From NCBI GenBank assembly GCA_029856435.1, contig JAHQXB010000054.1:1-18098 (forward strand): a stretch of DNA of 18,098 nucleotides, in the 5' to 3' direction. Under the pieces are notes generated by a model, which saw only the letters and a program-made list of their open reading frames with translations, had not been told where the DNA came from and searched no databases. Positions 16,885 through 18,098 of this stretch are shown here, piece after piece (the stretch's first letter is position 1; the number at the start of each line of letters is the position of its first letter). Both the position numbers and the translations under genes were made by a program. The DNA comes from Candidatus Jordarchaeia archaeon. GTDB lineage: Archaea; Asgardarchaeota; Jordiarchaeia; Jordiarchaeales; Jordiarchaeaceae.

Positions 16885-17967
16885 TTATGTAACTTCTGGT
16901 TTTGTTTAGTGTTCACAATATTCGTCTCTTTTGGCAACACATTTTACTTCTTTTGTTGCACGCTTCTTTCCAGTTAGTATTTCGTAGATTCCGGATATTA
17001 TTCCGCTAAACCAGAATCCCATAGGTTTTCCAAAGTTTTGGAAGTAGGTACATATGTGGTGGGTTTAAATGTTTTGTCCGGAGCATGTTAGTTGCATTGT
17101 CGAGTTCGCCAATAAATCGGCCGAATCCTCTAAGTGAATTAAACCTAGTGTATGCTAGTGTGGCTTCGCTTAGACTAGGTTTGAATTGTCTCATAAATTC
17201 TCCTACTACTCTGCTTCTTTGTTTGCCTTGATTATAAACTATATTGTACGTTTTTCGTAGCCGTGTTTTTCTACCATCGCCTTGATAAAATGTGTCATTT
17301 GTCTGGTTTCACTAATAATTACCCTCACACCCAGAAGTTCAACTATACCTCTTTCGGGCATCTTTAGGTGTTGTTTCATTCTATGAAATTCTTCCATTGT
17401 TTCTGTGCTTAACTCGATTCCTTTTTCTCCCAGATTATAGAGAGTGAGGTCGTCTACGTAATCTAGTTTGGGTGATTTGGAGACTGTGAGAAATCTTTTG
17501 TAACTATTATTAATTTCAAATATAAGCTTAATAACATAATCAAATATGTGCTTTAGTGGCTTATAATCTTGTTATTTAACATGGCTTAAAACGAAAAACG
17601 TTGTTCCAAACTCAGTAGAATCTTGTATATCCAATTAATAATTTTGTCTATGTCCCGCCTTTTTGACAGCATAATGTTGCTTAAATAACACACATTAAAG
17701 CTTTTCATATTCTTTCATGAATTTAATGGTCTCATGGAGATAGGTGTTAAGATGTAGAATATCTCTCGGTTCATCGATTATGAATCCTTCTTCGAATTGG
17801 CGTTTTTCGTACGGGTTGGTGAAGCCATAGATTAGGAAAAAATTTTTTTCCTTTCTCAAATTCTTCAAACCTACTATTAATAAGCTTCAACCATTCCCTG
17901 ATTCGTATTGGTGGTAAATCCAAGTCAAGAGTTAATCCATAGTCTCCTTTTTTAATCTAAAATCCAT
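16885..17967 (-). pseudogene. Disrupted gene: degenerate KaiC/RecA-like N-terminal domain fused to XylR_N/V4R ligand-binding domain
   Basis: Manual minus-strand translation across frame changes gives MDFRLKK/GDYGLTLDLDLPPIRIREWLKL... KHIFDYVIKLIFEINNSYKRFLTVSKSP...YNLGEKGIEL (KaiC-like C-terminal strands), then ERGIVELLGVRVII...KHGYEK/TYNIVYNQGK...RGFGRF...GKPMGFWFSGIISGIYEILTGKKRATKEVKCVAKRDEYCE (V4R signature). It needs about 6 frameshifts and has at least 1 in-frame TAA (17572-17574). Confidence 0.75.
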
Positions 17968-17982
17968 TATTTGTAAAGGGTT

Positions 17983-18098
17983 CTACTCTATGTAGAAATT
18001 CATAGAATTACATAGGAGTTGGGGCTTCACAGTATCATGCGGCGGCCTCGCGAGTTCATCAGCCGCCTTCCACTCCACCCCGGTCAGGGTGAACCCGC
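17983..18098 (-). mobile_element. Possible 3' end of an IS200/IS605-family tnpB (omega-RNA/sotRNA region); otherwise an unidentified GC-rich structured element
   Basis: Abrupt GC-rich tract at 18039-18098 with two hairpins. The open minus frame reads GFTLTGVEWKAADELARPPHDTVKPQ...*, which resembles archaeal TnpB C-termini as I remember them. It is truncated by the window edge. Confidence 0.3.

Noticed and set aside
17006-17194. 62-aa standalone minus-strand ORF
   Set aside because: It is an internal fragment of the V4R pseudogene, not an independent gene.
18039-18098. Hammerhead ribozyme (CTGATGA on the minus strand), SRP RNA or RNase P RNA
   Set aside because: There is no GAAA after stem II for a hammerhead, and the SRP helix-8 and RNase P conserved motifs are not convincingly present in the visible part.

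Overview
Archaeal genomic window, judged from TATA/BRE-type promoters, GGAGG/GGTGA ribosome-binding sites, oligo-T terminators and archaeal gene families. The lineage cannot be fixed from sequence alone. Left to right: (1) a wHTH/ArsR-like regulator, a KaiC/RAD55-like protein lacking its Walker motifs, Hsp20 and a TraB-family protein with a Cys-rich insert; a palindrome (ACTTAC-N7-GTAAGT) recurs in front of the regulator and hsp20. (2) Two tandem GNAT acetyltransferases. (3) An apparent operon of a degenerate PaaK-like CoA ligase, an intact PaaK-like ligase, an amidohydrolase with eroded metal motifs and a TIGR04076-type small Cys protein. (4) An M42 peptidase and a membrane-anchored protein with a SHOCT-like tail. 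(5) Thiolase, DUF35 and acyl-CoA dehydrogenase, convergent with ferredoxin-fused EtfA and EtfB (bifurcating type). (6) A small protein with a 52-aa Glu/Tyr tail and a probable ATA start. (7) A multiply frameshifted KaiC-like/V4R fusion pseudogene that the ORF track misses, then a GC-rich structured stretch at the window edge that may be an IS200/IS605 tnpB 3' end. I saw no rRNA, tRNA or CRISPR array. All family calls are motif recognition by eye, not database searches.
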